A stretch of DNA of 45,263 bases, taken from positions 1-45,263 of the forward strand of contig JASFPO010000002.1 in the NCBI GenBank assembly GCA_050115935.1. Reading direction: 5' to 3'. The position numbers were made by a program, and so were the translations under genes. Shown in pieces: positions 1 through 9,696 of the stretch. This stretch comes from Candidatus Bathyarchaeota archaeon. Its GTDB lineage: Archaea; Thermoproteota; Bathyarchaeia; Bathyarchaeales; Bathyarchaeaceae. The notes below the pieces were generated by a model. That model was not told the origin of the DNA and did no database searches. It was given only the letters and a program-made list of their open reading frames with translations. Every line of letters begins with the position of its first letter. Position 1 is the first letter of the stretch.

Positions 1-1
1 A

Positions 2-727
2 CTTGAAAGCGCTGAGAAAGTGCAGATAGCATTTGCCGCTTTCAGATGTACCGCTATTGCCCCGGGACTTCTTTATACGACTTTTTGGGAGTTTGACCCA
101 GAAGTGGAAGAAAGAGTTTACTATGAGGATGGTGAATTCTTGAGGGTTAAGCCTCTAGAGGGAGCGAAAGTTGTTGAATTCCATGAGCATATTGGCAAGC
201 AAGAGGTTGTGTATGTCCCCCACTCGGAGACTCGTACACTACCAAAAACGTTTCCAGAACTAAAGAAGGTAGAAGTGAGAGGATGTTTTCCACCTCGAAC
301 CATGGAATTGATCAAGATGATGGTGAAATACGGCTTTTTCCAGAAACAACCCATTAAAGTGAACAATAAAGAAGTGAACCCAGTAGACTTCATGTTTAGC
401 TTCCTTCTCCAGAACCCAGAAGCCAAGAAAAACCCCATCTGGGCCTACGGCTTAATAGTAGAGGTCGAAGGACAAAGAGATGGAAAGCCAGCGAGAATCA
501 CTCTAAAGAACAGCCATCCACCAATGGACGACTGGGGAGGAAAATCTGCATACGGCAAGAACGTTGGGATACCAGTCTCCATCGGAGTACAAATGATTGC
601 GAAGGGAAAAGTGAAAGGAAAAGGCGTGTTTCCACCAGAGGCAAGCCTAGATCCAACAGAGTTCTTCAACGAATTGTCAAAGAGACACATAACGATACAT
701 GAGAGAATTGAAAGACACATAGGTTGA
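2..727 (+). CDS. Saccharopine dehydrogenase-family oxidoreductase, C-terminal part (5' end outside window)
   Basis: The frame is open from base 2 to TGA 725-727. The sequence parallels the C-terminal half of the complete paralog at 735..1967 (GVFPPEASL vs GVVPPEGLS; FFNELSKR vs FLNELAKE). The GTG at 20 in the ORF track is probably internal. Confidence 0.6.
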   Translation, partial: LESAEKVQIAFAAFRCTAIAPGLLYTTFWEFDPEVEERVYYEDGEFLRVKPLEGAKVVEFHEHIGKQEVVYVPHSETRTLPKTFPELKKVEVRGCFPPRTMELIKMMVKYGFFQKQPIKVNNKEVNPVDFMFSFLLQNPEAKKNPIWAYGLIVEVEGQRDGKPARITLKNSHPPMDDWGGKSAYGKNVGIPVSIGVQMIAKGKVKGKGVFPPEASLDPTEFFNELSKRHITIHERIERHIG

Positions 728-734
728 CAGCAAA

Positions 735-1967
735 ATGAAAGTTCTGATAATTGGATGTGGAGAGCAAGGAACCGGAGTTGCCAAATACCTAGTTGAAAAG
801 CCCGACATTGACATGGTGAGTTTGGCAGACATCGATATCAGAAAGGCTGATAGTCTGGCAGAGGATCTGAAGACGTCAAAAGTCTCCACACATCGAGTTA
901 ATGCAGCGAATGTTGAAGAAATTCTGAGGGTTGCGAAAGGAGTTGACGTGATAGTAAACGCGGTTGTCCCAAGATTCAATCTTCCGATTATGGAAGCAGC
1001 TCTTAGGTTGAAATCGAACTATGTAGACATGGCTTCTGGTCCGCCTTATGTTATCGATGAACAATTGGGGCAAACTGAGGGATGGAATGAAGCTGGTTTA
1101 ACCGCCCTCATTAACACGGGTATTTCCCCTGGAGTCACCAACGTTCTTGTCTCACGTGCAGTTGATCAACTGGATAGCGTGGAGAAAGTATACATAAGAA
1201 GTGCCACCAAAATTCTGCCTGGAACACGAGTATATGAGGGAAAAGAGCTTTTTCTGGAAACTTGGTCACCGGAAACCATGTGGCAAGATTTTATGGAGCC
1301 TCCAGTAGTATTTGAAGATGGGAAATGGAAGACAGTTCCCCTGTTCGGCGGAGAAGAGATCTATACGTTTCCCGAACCGCTAGGCCCTTGCACTGTTGTG
1401 TATCACGTGCATGAAGAAGTTTTCACGTTACCTCGGTTTATCAACGGACTCGAGAAAGTTGACATGAAGGTTGGTTGGGAACCTACAATGTTCATTGCCA
1501 AGGCGTTTATGGATCTTGGCCTATTCGGTGAAAAATCGATTGATGTCGATGGCGTCAAAGTTACGCCACAGAAGGTATTCCTTAAACTCACCAAACCTAT
1601 TCCAACAAAAGAAGAGTTGATTGAGAGAATAGAAGCAGAGAAAGTTCTTGAAATTGTAGGTTCAACCGTAGTGGAAGTTAGAGGAGAAAAGGCAGGTGTA
1701 GCAACGACCTATAGATATTCTCCAGCGGCGCCTTCCATGACAATTTCCAAAGCGTACAGAAAGTACGGGCGGAGCTTCTTGGAGCGGCCCGGTGTAGTTA
1801 GTACGTCATGTGCCATCTTCACACATATGCTTTGCTCCGGACGGATAGAAACTAGGGGAGTTGTTCCACCAGAGGGGCTATCGAAAAGGGAAAGAGAAGA
1901 TTTCCTGAATGAGTTAGCTAAAGAAGGGTTTCTTTATAAGGAAACAATAGAGAGACAACTTTCGTGA
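735..1967 (+). CDS. Saccharopine dehydrogenase-family NAD(P)-dependent oxidoreductase
   Basis: 410 aa with N-terminal Rossmann motif MKVLIIGCGEQGTGVA. Tandem paralog of the preceding gene, separated by a 7-nt gap. Confidence 0.7.
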   Translation: MKVLIIGCGEQGTGVAKYLVEKPDIDMVSLADIDIRKADSLAEDLKTSKVSTHRVNAANVEEILRVAKGVDVIVNAVVPRFNLPIMEAALRLKSNYVDMASGPPYVIDEQLGQTEGWNEAGLTALINTGISPGVTNVLVSRAVDQLDSVEKVYIRSATKILPGTRVYEGKELFLETWSPETMWQDFMEPPVVFEDGKWKTVPLFGGEEIYTFPEPLGPCTVVYHVHEEVFTLPRFINGLEKVDMKVGWEPTMFIAKAFMDLGLFGEKSIDVDGVKVTPQKVFLKLTKPIPTKEELIERIEAEKVLEIVGSTVVEVRGEKAGVATTYRYSPAAPSMTISKAYRKYGRSFLERPGVVSTSCAIFTHMLCSGRIETRGVVPPEGLSKREREDFLNELAKEGFLYKETIERQLS

Positions 1968-2137
1968 CAACAAAATATGCTTGCCAGAGCTACAAGTAGA
2001 ACATGCGGGCGAAAATTCTTCCCAAATTAATCTCTCTCTGGGAAGCGCGTGCACAGGAGTCAGATAAGTTTTTAGACATGTATGTGTGCCTTAGAGACAT
2101 TATATCATGAAAAACAACCAAACTAGGATTTGAGAAT

Positions 2138-2707
2138 ATGATCTACGAAAAGATAACAAGGCGGAGAACCATTAGAAAGTATACTCAGAAGAGTGTGCCA
2201 AGAGAAGTATTGCTAAAATGCATAGATGCCGCGAGGCTTTCACCCTCTGGAGCTAATCGTCAACCATTGAAGTACGTCGCCGTTAACGATCAGAAGCTAA
2301 TAAAAGAAGCATTCAGCACGTTGAGATGGGCTGGATATCTGCCAGGCTATCAACCAAGCGAAGAAGAGATGCCGAGAGCATATGTTGTTATACTCCTGGA
2401 CAAAAACATCCGCAATGACCCGGGTCAAGATGCAGGTATAGCGGCAATGAGCATTTCCATGGTTGGCTACGACGAGGGTCTAGGAACGTGTATTCTTGGC
2501 GCCGTTGACAGAGAAAAACTGAGGATGATTCTGAATATTCCGGACAGCTTGGACATAGTTCTGGTGGTTGCACTTGGATATCCAGCGGAAGACCCTGTGG
2601 TGGATAAGGTGAAGAACGGAGACATAAAATACTGGCTTGACGAAAACGGAGTATTACACGTGCCCAAAAGGGACCTTGAAGACATCGTTCAATGGAATGC
2701 ATACTAG
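2138..2707 (+). CDS. Nitroreductase-family flavoprotein
   Basis: 189 aa. N-terminus RRRTIRKY..., the SPSGANRQP motif and overall length are typical of the NADH-oxidase/nitroreductase fold. Confidence 0.75.
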   Translation: MIYEKITRRRTIRKYTQKSVPREVLLKCIDAARLSPSGANRQPLKYVAVNDQKLIKEAFSTLRWAGYLPGYQPSEEEMPRAYVVILLDKNIRNDPGQDAGIAAMSISMVGYDEGLGTCILGAVDREKLRMILNIPDSLDIVLVVALGYPAEDPVVDKVKNGDIKYWLDENGVLHVPKRDLEDIVQWNAY

Positions 2708-2754
2708 CTTACGGATTTCCGCTTGACCAGCAGGATACACCGTAGGATAAATAT

Positions 2755-3054
2755 TCAATAGTGTGAAATGCGCTTCTGTGCTGAGACTACTTGTTCTTTG
2801 ACTGGAAGAAGGGCCCGGTACAGCATGGCGTTCGCCACCATGAGCCCAGCCCCTGAAAGGAATGGGAGGGAAAGACTGAGAGTTTCGAACACGTATCCAG
2901 CTACAGTCGGCGCGACCGAACGAAGAGTCATCCGTGAGAAGTTGCTTATTCCGATAGCTGTAGCCGTCTCCCTAGGGTCTACTAAGACGGTGGCAAAAGA
3001 TTGCCGGATGGTAACGTGTTGGCTTATGCCAAGGGCTTTAGTCGTCACAAGCAC
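2755..3054 (-). pseudogene. Possible 5'-truncated remnant of an MFS-type transporter (last two or three TM helices only)
   Basis: The 99-aa ORF reads ...VDPRETATAIGISNFSRMTLRSVAPTVAGYVFETLSLSLPFLSGAGLMVANAMLYRALL. This resembles the TM11-TM12 region of major-facilitator transporters. It has no N-terminal part and abuts the stop of the upstream minus-strand gene at 3073. Confidence 0.35.
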
Positions 3055-3072
3055 GATAAAATGTTTCTTTTC

Positions 3073-4923
3073 TTACTTATTCATAATGTCAATCATAGCT
3101 CGGGGCAATTGGTAAAAATCGTCGACATAGGAGTATCGTCCTCTACCGGCCTTTGCGATGTTCATGCAAATCTCAGGGTCTCCTCCACCCACTCCAAGTG
3201 GAACCTGTATCACATGAAGCTTCTGATATTTCTCTGCAATCTTAGCTGGGTCTTTGCCTTTAGTGACCCAACCATCTGTTATGAGGATGCCCGCCCTTTC
3301 ATGGTCATGGACCTTTTCCAACTCTTCTAGGCCTTTCTGCAAGGCCTCTTCTATATTTGTCAATCCTCCCGTTTGGAGGTCCAGCATCTCGTCAATCAAT
3401 CTATTGATGTCTGGATTATCCCTTATTGGCTTCAGCAAGTGCGCATGGTCTTTAAAGGTGATGATAGAGTAGTGATCATCAAGAAAATTGTGTGCGAAAA
3501 CGGCAACTGCTAAAGCTGCAATAACTATTTTCTCCATCTGCATGGAGTTGCTAGTATCCAGAATCAGTGAAAACGCCCTTTTCTTTCGCCGCCTTTCGAT
3601 GCATACTATATCACGATTATCGAAGACTTTCTTGCCAAGATTGTTCTCAAGCGTCTGTTCTAGGTCAAATTCCTCCAAGTTTGGTTTAAACGGCACTTCG
3701 ACGCATTCTGTAGATGGCATCCCTCTTCCAGCAATTTGGGATGCAAATCGCTTGATGACTCTATTCAGAGCTTTTCTCGCGATCTGTTTGCGTTGAGGAT
3801 CTAAGCTTGCTTGAACCAAGAACAGGAGTTGAATTGATGGCCATTTTGGTTCAGTGTGTTCAGTTACTTTCAGCATCGTTTCAAACAGGTTATCTTGCAG
3901 GAGTATTTCAGCGATTGGCTGGGAATTCTGCTGAAGAAGATGAATGGCTTCTGTAAGATTTCCCTTGTTGAATGCTACTCCAATCTTTTCAGATGGTTTT
4001 GATGTAGAACTTCTTTTCTTAATGTTTTCAGTGTTCAAGGGTGTATTTGCCGCTTGTTTACCCTTGTGTTTAGCATGTTCACTGAGAACTGAGGTTACAA
4101 TATTTTTGATGACGCTTTCCATCTTCTGAGTTGTCTGATCTTGAAGTTCTATTTTTGTTGCTAATGCCATAATTGCTACTCTGGTCCAGACATCTACCTT
4201 CAGTTTTAGACCTTTTGTTAAAGGCTGAATCAATTCCGTTATGTCGATTGCACCTCGGATTGAGGCTCCATGTCTTATGTTAGGGTCTTTTCTAGTGCGC
4301 CTCGCAATTTTCACCGCAATGGTTATGAGTTCACTGTTTTTGCATCCTGTCTCTTTCTCAACTATTTTCTGTTCCTCGGCCTCTGTTTGGTAGTTGAGAC
4401 GAATCCACACAAAACGATCTTGAATGGCTTCGCTGATTCTGCTGGTGCCCACAAATTCTTCTGGATTCTGAGTTGATATAATGAGGAAGCCTGGTTTAGC
4501 TTTGATTGTACCAATTTTTGGGATGACTATTTGTCTCTCGTCCATTGCTGGCAGCAACACGTTTTGAGTGCCTTCGGGCATTCTGTTGAGTTCGTTGATG
4601 AAGAGGAAGGAGCCTTCAGTCATGGCTTTGGTCAATGGACCGGGCATGAAAGTTTCCCATGAATATCCTTTTGCTATGACTAGTGCTGGGTTAAACCATC
4701 CTGTAAGTTTGTGTTCCGTATACCGTTCATCTCCGTCAACTCTGTGAAAACTTCGGTTGAAGTGGTTTGCAAGCGCAACGGCAATTACTGTTTTGCCCAC
4801 TCCAACTGTTCCCTCAAAAAGTATGTGTTTGCTGGTGGAGATGGCGGCAAGGGCCTTTTCCAATTCTTCTTCTCGTCCGATTATTTTGTATCGTTTTTGG
4901 ATTGTCTTGATAAGTTGCTGCAT
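3073..4923 (-). CDS. MoxR-like AAA+ ATPase fused to a C-terminal von Willebrand factor A domain (BchD/ChlD-like architecture)
   Basis: 616 aa. Walker A GTVGVGKT and Walker B-like FLFINELNR lie in the N-terminal third. A C-terminal vWA domain carries the MIDAS motif DTSNSM ... ITDG. Confidence 0.8.
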   Translation of the reverse strand: MQQLIKTIQKRYKIIGREEELEKALAAISTSKHILFEGTVGVGKTVIAVALANHFNRSFHRVDGDERYTEHKLTGWFNPALVIAKGYSWETFMPGPLTKAMTEGSFLFINELNRMPEGTQNVLLPAMDERQIVIPKIGTIKAKPGFLIISTQNPEEFVGTSRISEAIQDRFVWIRLNYQTEAEEQKIVEKETGCKNSELITIAVKIARRTRKDPNIRHGASIRGAIDITELIQPLTKGLKLKVDVWTRVAIMALATKIELQDQTTQKMESVIKNIVTSVLSEHAKHKGKQAANTPLNTENIKKRSSTSKPSEKIGVAFNKGNLTEAIHLLQQNSQPIAEILLQDNLFETMLKVTEHTEPKWPSIQLLFLVQASLDPQRKQIARKALNRVIKRFASQIAGRGMPSTECVEVPFKPNLEEFDLEQTLENNLGKKVFDNRDIVCIERRRKKRAFSLILDTSNSMQMEKIVIAALAVAVFAHNFLDDHYSIITFKDHAHLLKPIRDNPDINRLIDEMLDLQTGGLTNIEEALQKGLEELEKVHDHERAGILITDGWVTKGKDPAKIAEKYQKLHVIQVPLGVGGGDPEICMNIAKAGRGRYSYVDDFYQLPRAMIDIMNK

Positions 4924-5188
4924 CGCTGTACGCTCTTAGGTAAGTTTATGAAGATATGTTCATGCTTAAGACCTTTTTGTCCATGCAAACAGCTCCCAGT
5001 GTGAATGTTGCCTTGCCTCGCGTTGGCACATCGCACTGAACTCCTTCATGAGAGCGTCTGAGAGGTGTTAGTTAACAGCTGACAGGGTACATCCTCTAAT
5101 TAGGTCTGGAACTATGATCAGAGCGACAGTAGTGGAGAAAACAGCAGCGGCGGCTAAACCGGTATACAACTCTTGCCTTTAGGAGTGC

Positions 5189-6694
5189 TCATGAGCTAGG
5201 CAGTTCCTTTTCCGCTCTCTTTATTATCTCTGCAATCTCTCTTTGAACATCTTTATCTAATGGTGTTGGCCAGTGTTCCTTCAGTATTTCTTCCGCCTTC
5301 TCCCTAGCTCTCTTGACAAGGCTTTTTCCACCTGCCTTTCTCCAAGCATCGTAGCTACTTCTGTCTGTTAATTCAGGGAAGAAGTGCTCCTTTTTGAAAT
5401 GCTGTAAGGTGTGCATGTCAGCCAAGTAGTGCCCGTCGTACCCTACCTTGTGAATCACGTCGAGAGCCAGCGTCTCATCGTTCACGTCTATTCCCTGAGC
5501 CAGTTTTAGCATGGCTCTGCAAAGTTCATCATCGATTACAAGCTCTTCGAAAGAAGCTGCCAGACCTCCATTTAGACTCCCAGCCCCATAAACAATATCT
5601 GCCCCCGCTAGAACGGGCAAAACAGTGCTTATCGCTTTTTCATAGCTTGCTTGAGCCCCAGGCATTTTGGCGGAAGTGAGAAAGCCATTGACGGTTACAG
5701 GAAGTCCGTAATGTCGAGCTATTTCAACCGCTGCTGTGCAAAGAAGGCTTTCCTCTGGACCTTCTCCCCAGATACCATATTTCATGTCCAAGCTGCCCAT
5801 AAGATAATCTACTCTCATTCCTGTGCCTGGGTGTGCGAGTTGAATAGTGGAGAGACCACCTAAGATCTCAGCATTTGTTACGACAAGAGAACCAGCGAGT
5901 GTCACTGGCGCAGTGGCTCCTCCGAGAGGCATACTACCTACCCAGCATGGAAACCCAAGTTTCGCGAGCTCTAAGGCAATTTCAACGTATCGTCCCTCAA
6001 ATTTAAGTGGTGACTCGGTGCAAAACCCCCCATCGCCTAAAGGTCTTACCCTCAATTTCTTTTCACTTCCAGCAACTGCGGTAGCTATCTCAAGCTGGTA
6101 GTCAGTCAGTTGAGGTGCTAGTTCAGGCGGATAAACTGACCAACCACACGGCTTTTCTGTATTGTTTAACGCAATAGCGAAGTCGTGCAAGCAGCGTGTA
6201 TTGTTTGGCTTATCCAAGCATGTGGTGAGATGGCTACCTGAGGCGAAGGACTCTAAGGCATCTGCAACTCGGGTCAGCTTTTCGAGATCTTCTGTGGTTG
6301 AAGGTCTCCAGTCTCCAGTTTGAAGGTCAACAGTACTCGTTGTCTCGGTATCTGTAGTGAAGTAGATGTGTTTTCCATCCAGTTCATAGTCATATTTTGG
6401 GTTTCTTCCGCAGTTTACAACTGTTTTAGGCGTCTTCTTCAACGCTTCTTCAACGAGATAAGATGGAAACAGAACCACACCTTTGTCGAAATCAACTGTA
6501 CATCCATTTTCTTTCAGCATCTTTAGAACTCTTTCACTGTGGAAAATTCTTATGCCAGTTTTTTCGAGGACTTCAAGTGAAGCCAAATGAATTGACTCAA
6601 GTCCGTCTTCATTCAAAACCCGAAACAATGGCATCATGGCACGTTTTTCGAAACCAATCATATTCATCATCTTCAAAGAGTAGACTTCACACAT
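5189..6694 (-). CDS. MttB-superfamily (trimethylamine methyltransferase-like) methyltransferase, uninterrupted (non-pyrrolysine) form
   Basis: 501-aa continuous ORF. The N-terminal LNEDGLESIHLASLEVLEKTGIRI and overall size match the MttB family. The true start is probably one of the internal Met codons (MMNMIG.. or MMPLF..). Confidence 0.7.
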   Translation of the reverse strand: MCEVYSLKMMNMIGFEKRAMMPLFRVLNEDGLESIHLASLEVLEKTGIRIFHSERVLKMLKENGCTVDFDKGVVLFPSYLVEEALKKTPKTVVNCGRNPKYDYELDGKHIYFTTDTETTSTVDLQTGDWRPSTTEDLEKLTRVADALESFASGSHLTTCLDKPNNTRCLHDFAIALNNTEKPCGWSVYPPELAPQLTDYQLEIATAVAGSEKKLRVRPLGDGGFCTESPLKFEGRYVEIALELAKLGFPCWVGSMPLGGATAPVTLAGSLVVTNAEILGGLSTIQLAHPGTGMRVDYLMGSLDMKYGIWGEGPEESLLCTAAVEIARHYGLPVTVNGFLTSAKMPGAQASYEKAISTVLPVLAGADIVYGAGSLNGGLAASFEELVIDDELCRAMLKLAQGIDVNDETLALDVIHKVGYDGHYLADMHTLQHFKKEHFFPELTDRSSYDAWRKAGGKSLVKRAREKAEEILKEHWPTPLDKDVQREIAEIIKRAEKELPSS

Positions 6695-6697
6695 GTG

Positions 6698-7222
6698 TTA
6701 AATTTTATCTGTTTTGGCTAAATCTCGAATTCTCTCTATACCCTTGATTTCATTGATAAACTGTGACACGCTCTCCGGAACCAGCTCTTCCCAGCTTCTA
6801 TTGCTCAGTATGCGTTCTCGTATCTCTGCTGCAGAATAGATCTTTCGCTTGTGAAAGGGTACAGATCGCACTTTGAAACCTGCTTCAATGAACAATCTAC
6901 GTGTAAGAGGCTCATTGGTGTATACTAAGTCAAATTTCGGCGTGTAGCCGATGACTACTGCAACCCACATCATATGTATGTGCACGTCTGGGACGGGTAT
7001 GATCCAGCAACGCATCATGGAAACATCTTTGCTTTCCAAAGCTTTGCGTATCATTGTTAGACGTTCGCCGGATGTAAATGGATCATCTGCTCGGTGGCTA
7101 TACTGTGCACTACCGATTACAATTACCAGCTCGTCAACTTGTTTCAGAATGTCGCTTATGGCTTTCACATGTCCCTTATGAAGGGGTTGAAACCTACCAA
7201 CGAACAAACCGCGTTTCACCAT
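6698..7222 (-). CDS. nadM: Nicotinamide-mononucleotide adenylyltransferase (archaeal type)
   Basis: 174 aa. The N-terminal GLFVGRFQPLHKGH nucleotidyltransferase (HxGH) motif is typical of archaeal NMNAT. Confidence 0.85.
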   Translation of the reverse strand: MVKRGLFVGRFQPLHKGHVKAISDILKQVDELVIVIGSAQYSHRADDPFTSGERLTMIRKALESKDVSMMRCWIIPVPDVHIHMMWVAVVIGYTPKFDLVYTNEPLTRRLFIEAGFKVRSVPFHKRKIYSAAEIRERILSNRSWEELVPESVSQFINEIKGIERIRDLAKTDKI

Positions 7223-7257
7223 GACAAGCTTTCTCCATTTAGGAACTAAAGCCTTCT

Positions 7258-7878
7258 TCAGCCTTTTCCGAGGAAGTTAATTGGGAAAAGAGATAAGCTT
7301 TTGCCATCCACTCTGATCTGCATGCTCTCTGAATGACCTTTATTTTCTCTCTGAAGCATCACCCATTTCATCCCTACGCCTCCTCCGAAACCTCCCAGAG
7401 TGAAATCCGATCGAACAACACGATGGCACGGAACAAGAGGTGGAAAGGGATTTGTAGCCATCACTCTTCCCACAGCCCTGGGGCTACCGCCTATAGCTTT
7501 TGCCACTGCGCCGTACGTAGTTACGTAGCCGACAGGAACCAACGAGACGCATTTGAGCACCTTTTGAGCATAATCGGACAAATGTTTCATCTCTAACTTG
7601 AACTTGGAAGAGGTGCCGTCTCCATCAAAAATTGACTGCATAGCTGACATTACTTTCTTGGAAAATTGGGTATGGTCCTCTGCCATTTGAAAGGACGCGT
7701 TGTAGGGTACGTCATGTAATATGTACTTTAAGGCGTCTTTCTCATTTCGAGCAGAACTTGTGGCGAGTATTGATTCGTTTTCTATGGCGGCTGCAAACCA
7801 CATCTCATCTGTTTCTTCACAGTATATATGGATCACGCGAATTCCTCGTTTAGCTCTAAATCCATAATATTGGTTCAT
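7258..7878 (-). CDS. ogt: Methylated-DNA--protein-cysteine methyltransferase
   Basis: 206 aa. Active-site motif PCHRVV is preceded by the helix-turn-helix region YGAVAKAIGGSPRAVGRV. Confidence 0.85.
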   Translation of the reverse strand: MNQYYGFRAKRGIRVIHIYCEETDEMWFAAAIENESILATSSARNEKDALKYILHDVPYNASFQMAEDHTQFSKKVMSAMQSIFDGDGTSSKFKLEMKHLSDYAQKVLKCVSLVPVGYVTTYGAVAKAIGGSPRAVGRVMATNPFPPLVPCHRVVRSDFTLGGFGGGVGMKWVMLQRENKGHSESMQIRVDGKSLSLFPINFLGKG

Positions 7879-8134
7879 CTTCTTATTCTTTCGCTATCTG
7901 GTGAGCCAAGGCATTTCAATGGAAGAACATGGTGCGAATAAGCCCAGAAATTTACATTCATAAAATGCGGCGGAGAACACAGAGCGAATCATTTTCTTTT
8001 CATTTTCAGCAATAAGAATCTTGCAAGGCAAACCAGAATCACTGAAAGCCCCCACCAGAAGGCGACATCAATTAAGATGCCATCAAAGTGAAGGTTGCCT
8101 CTTCTTTGTGTGCGCACGAAGTTGTGGAATGTCG

Positions 8135-8365
8135 TCATTTGGTGATTATCATTGTCAGAGTGTCACGGACTTTGTTTATCTTTCGCACTTTCCAAGTGGT
8201 TGCCTCTTTAAGTTCATCCATGCTATCTGCTTCGATTCTGGCTACTATGTCATAGGTTCCATAGACACAGTGAGCTTCTTTCACCGTATCTAGTTTCTTC
8301 AAATCTTCTAGAACTTCGTCTTCCGAGCCCACTTCTGTACTGACCAGAACATAAGCTTCAGGCAT
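8135..8365 (-). CDS. Stand-alone Lrp/AsnC-type ligand-binding (RAM) domain protein
   Basis: 76 aa. The beta-alpha-beta-beta-alpha-beta-like pattern MPEAYVLVSTEVGSEDEVLEDLKKLDTVKEAHCVYGTYDIVARIEA is typical of small AsnC_trans_reg domain proteins. Confidence 0.6.
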   Translation of the reverse strand: MPEAYVLVSTEVGSEDEVLEDLKKLDTVKEAHCVYGTYDIVARIEADSMDELKEATTWKVRKINKVRDTLTMIITK

Positions 8366-8937
8366 CGCTTCTTGTTCCCTCCTTTGAGAGAGACTATTGT
8401 GCAGGAAGTAGTACTATAATTTTTTGTCTTAATTCATGGACAATCTTAGATTTGGCGTTGCTTAGTTGCACGCGCACGATTTTCAGCAAAATCTATCGAC
8501 ACAAAAGCTCGACGATGGGGTAGCTATGTAATACACTATTATTTAGATTGTATTGGGGGCTTTTGCGTTTTGACTGTTCTGCGCAGACAGAAAAGAGACA
8601 AATGACACAATACTCAAGCCCTAAGGGCGGCGCAGCATTGCTAGCAACCACCGAGGCGACGTCTGTGCAACAATCACGTCATCCAGCGTGACTGAAGGCA
8701 CTGGCGAGACAGACACACGTCGCATCTCAACAGATATCGGGGTCATATCTGTGCAGTACACCCTGAATTTCCCAAGACCATGTGGCTGGACGAGCAAGTC
8801 GCGATGAGCAACGAAGATATCCCTCAAGAACTCCCTCCTTTTTATCCGCTCGAAAAGAATCTCTCTGGTTACCCAAGAATTAATATAGATTGTTGGAACA
8901 TGCACATATACGTACGAATTAGGGGAGGTGATACATC

Positions 8938-9696
8938 TTGGCTAATGAAAAACTTGAGGCTAAAGCTGATTCGCCGAAAGCAGTCGCCACGGAAAAAGAG
9001 GCCCCATGGAAGGGTGGCTTTGAGTTGGCGTCCATGGGAATAGCAGTATTCATCATCGTTCTTCTAGCTCTGTCTTTCCTACCCGCCGAAGTCGGCGAGA
9101 ACGCTTCTGATCTCTTAAACTCAAACATCATGATAACGCTGATAGGCGCTGTTGTAGCGCCATGGATCGCCAAAACTGCTAAGGATAAGGTTGGATTGGA
9201 GATCACCAGTAGCGAGGTCCAGGATTTGCTTGACGGGATGAAAAGGGCCGCCGAACTGACGCGAAAGGAATACGACAAGAAGAGAGAAAACGGTGCTTTG
9301 CCCGGAGAAAAACCCAAAGACGCCAAAGAACATGCCATCAAACACATTCGGAATATGCTTGGAGAGGAGAAGTACAACAAGATCATGAAGAAGGTCGGGG
9401 ATCAATTTCTTTCCAAAGCGATAGACGAGTACGTGGCAAGCGAGTGGCATGAGAGGTTCCCAATCGAAAAAGAACACGTCACGGATCTGGTCACAGTAGC
9501 CGTTGATATGATACCGAAAGTGAAGGACTGGAATAGCCTGAGTAATGACGAAAGGAAGAAGATCACAGACGAGGCCTTCAAGAACTTGGAAAAACTGCTG
9601 GACGGAGCGGGCATTTTCGGATGGGGAAGGAACATGCTTGAGGCTTTCGTTATGGCTGAACTAAATAAGAGACCCCAGAACAGCACGATCTCTTGA
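8938..9696 (+). CDS. Hypothetical membrane-associated protein
   Basis: 252 aa. The TTG start is preceded by a strong Shine-Dalgarno GGAGGTGA (8925-8932). Two hydrophobic segments lie near the N-terminus and the rest is a charged helical region. No family recognised. Confidence 0.5.
   Translation: MANEKLEAKADSPKAVATEKEAPWKGGFELASMGIAVFIIVLLALSFLPAEVGENASDLLNSNIMITLIGAVVAPWIAKTAKDKVGLEITSSEVQDLLDGMKRAAELTRKEYDKKRENGALPGEKPKDAKEHAIKHIRNMLGEEKYNKIMKKVGDQFLSKAIDEYVASEWHERFPIEKEHVTDLVTVAVDMIPKVKDWNSLSNDERKKITDEAFKNLEKLLDGAGIFGWGRNMLEAFVMAELNKRPQNSTIS

Noticed and set aside
2768-3115. The plus-strand 115-aa ORF, and the idea that 2760-3060 is an SRP or other structured RNA because of local hairpins and higher GC
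   Set aside because: The plus ORF overlaps the AAA+::vWA gene end and has no motifs. I could not find SRP or RNase P landmarks on either strand. The minus-strand MFS-like reading explains the region better, though with low confidence.
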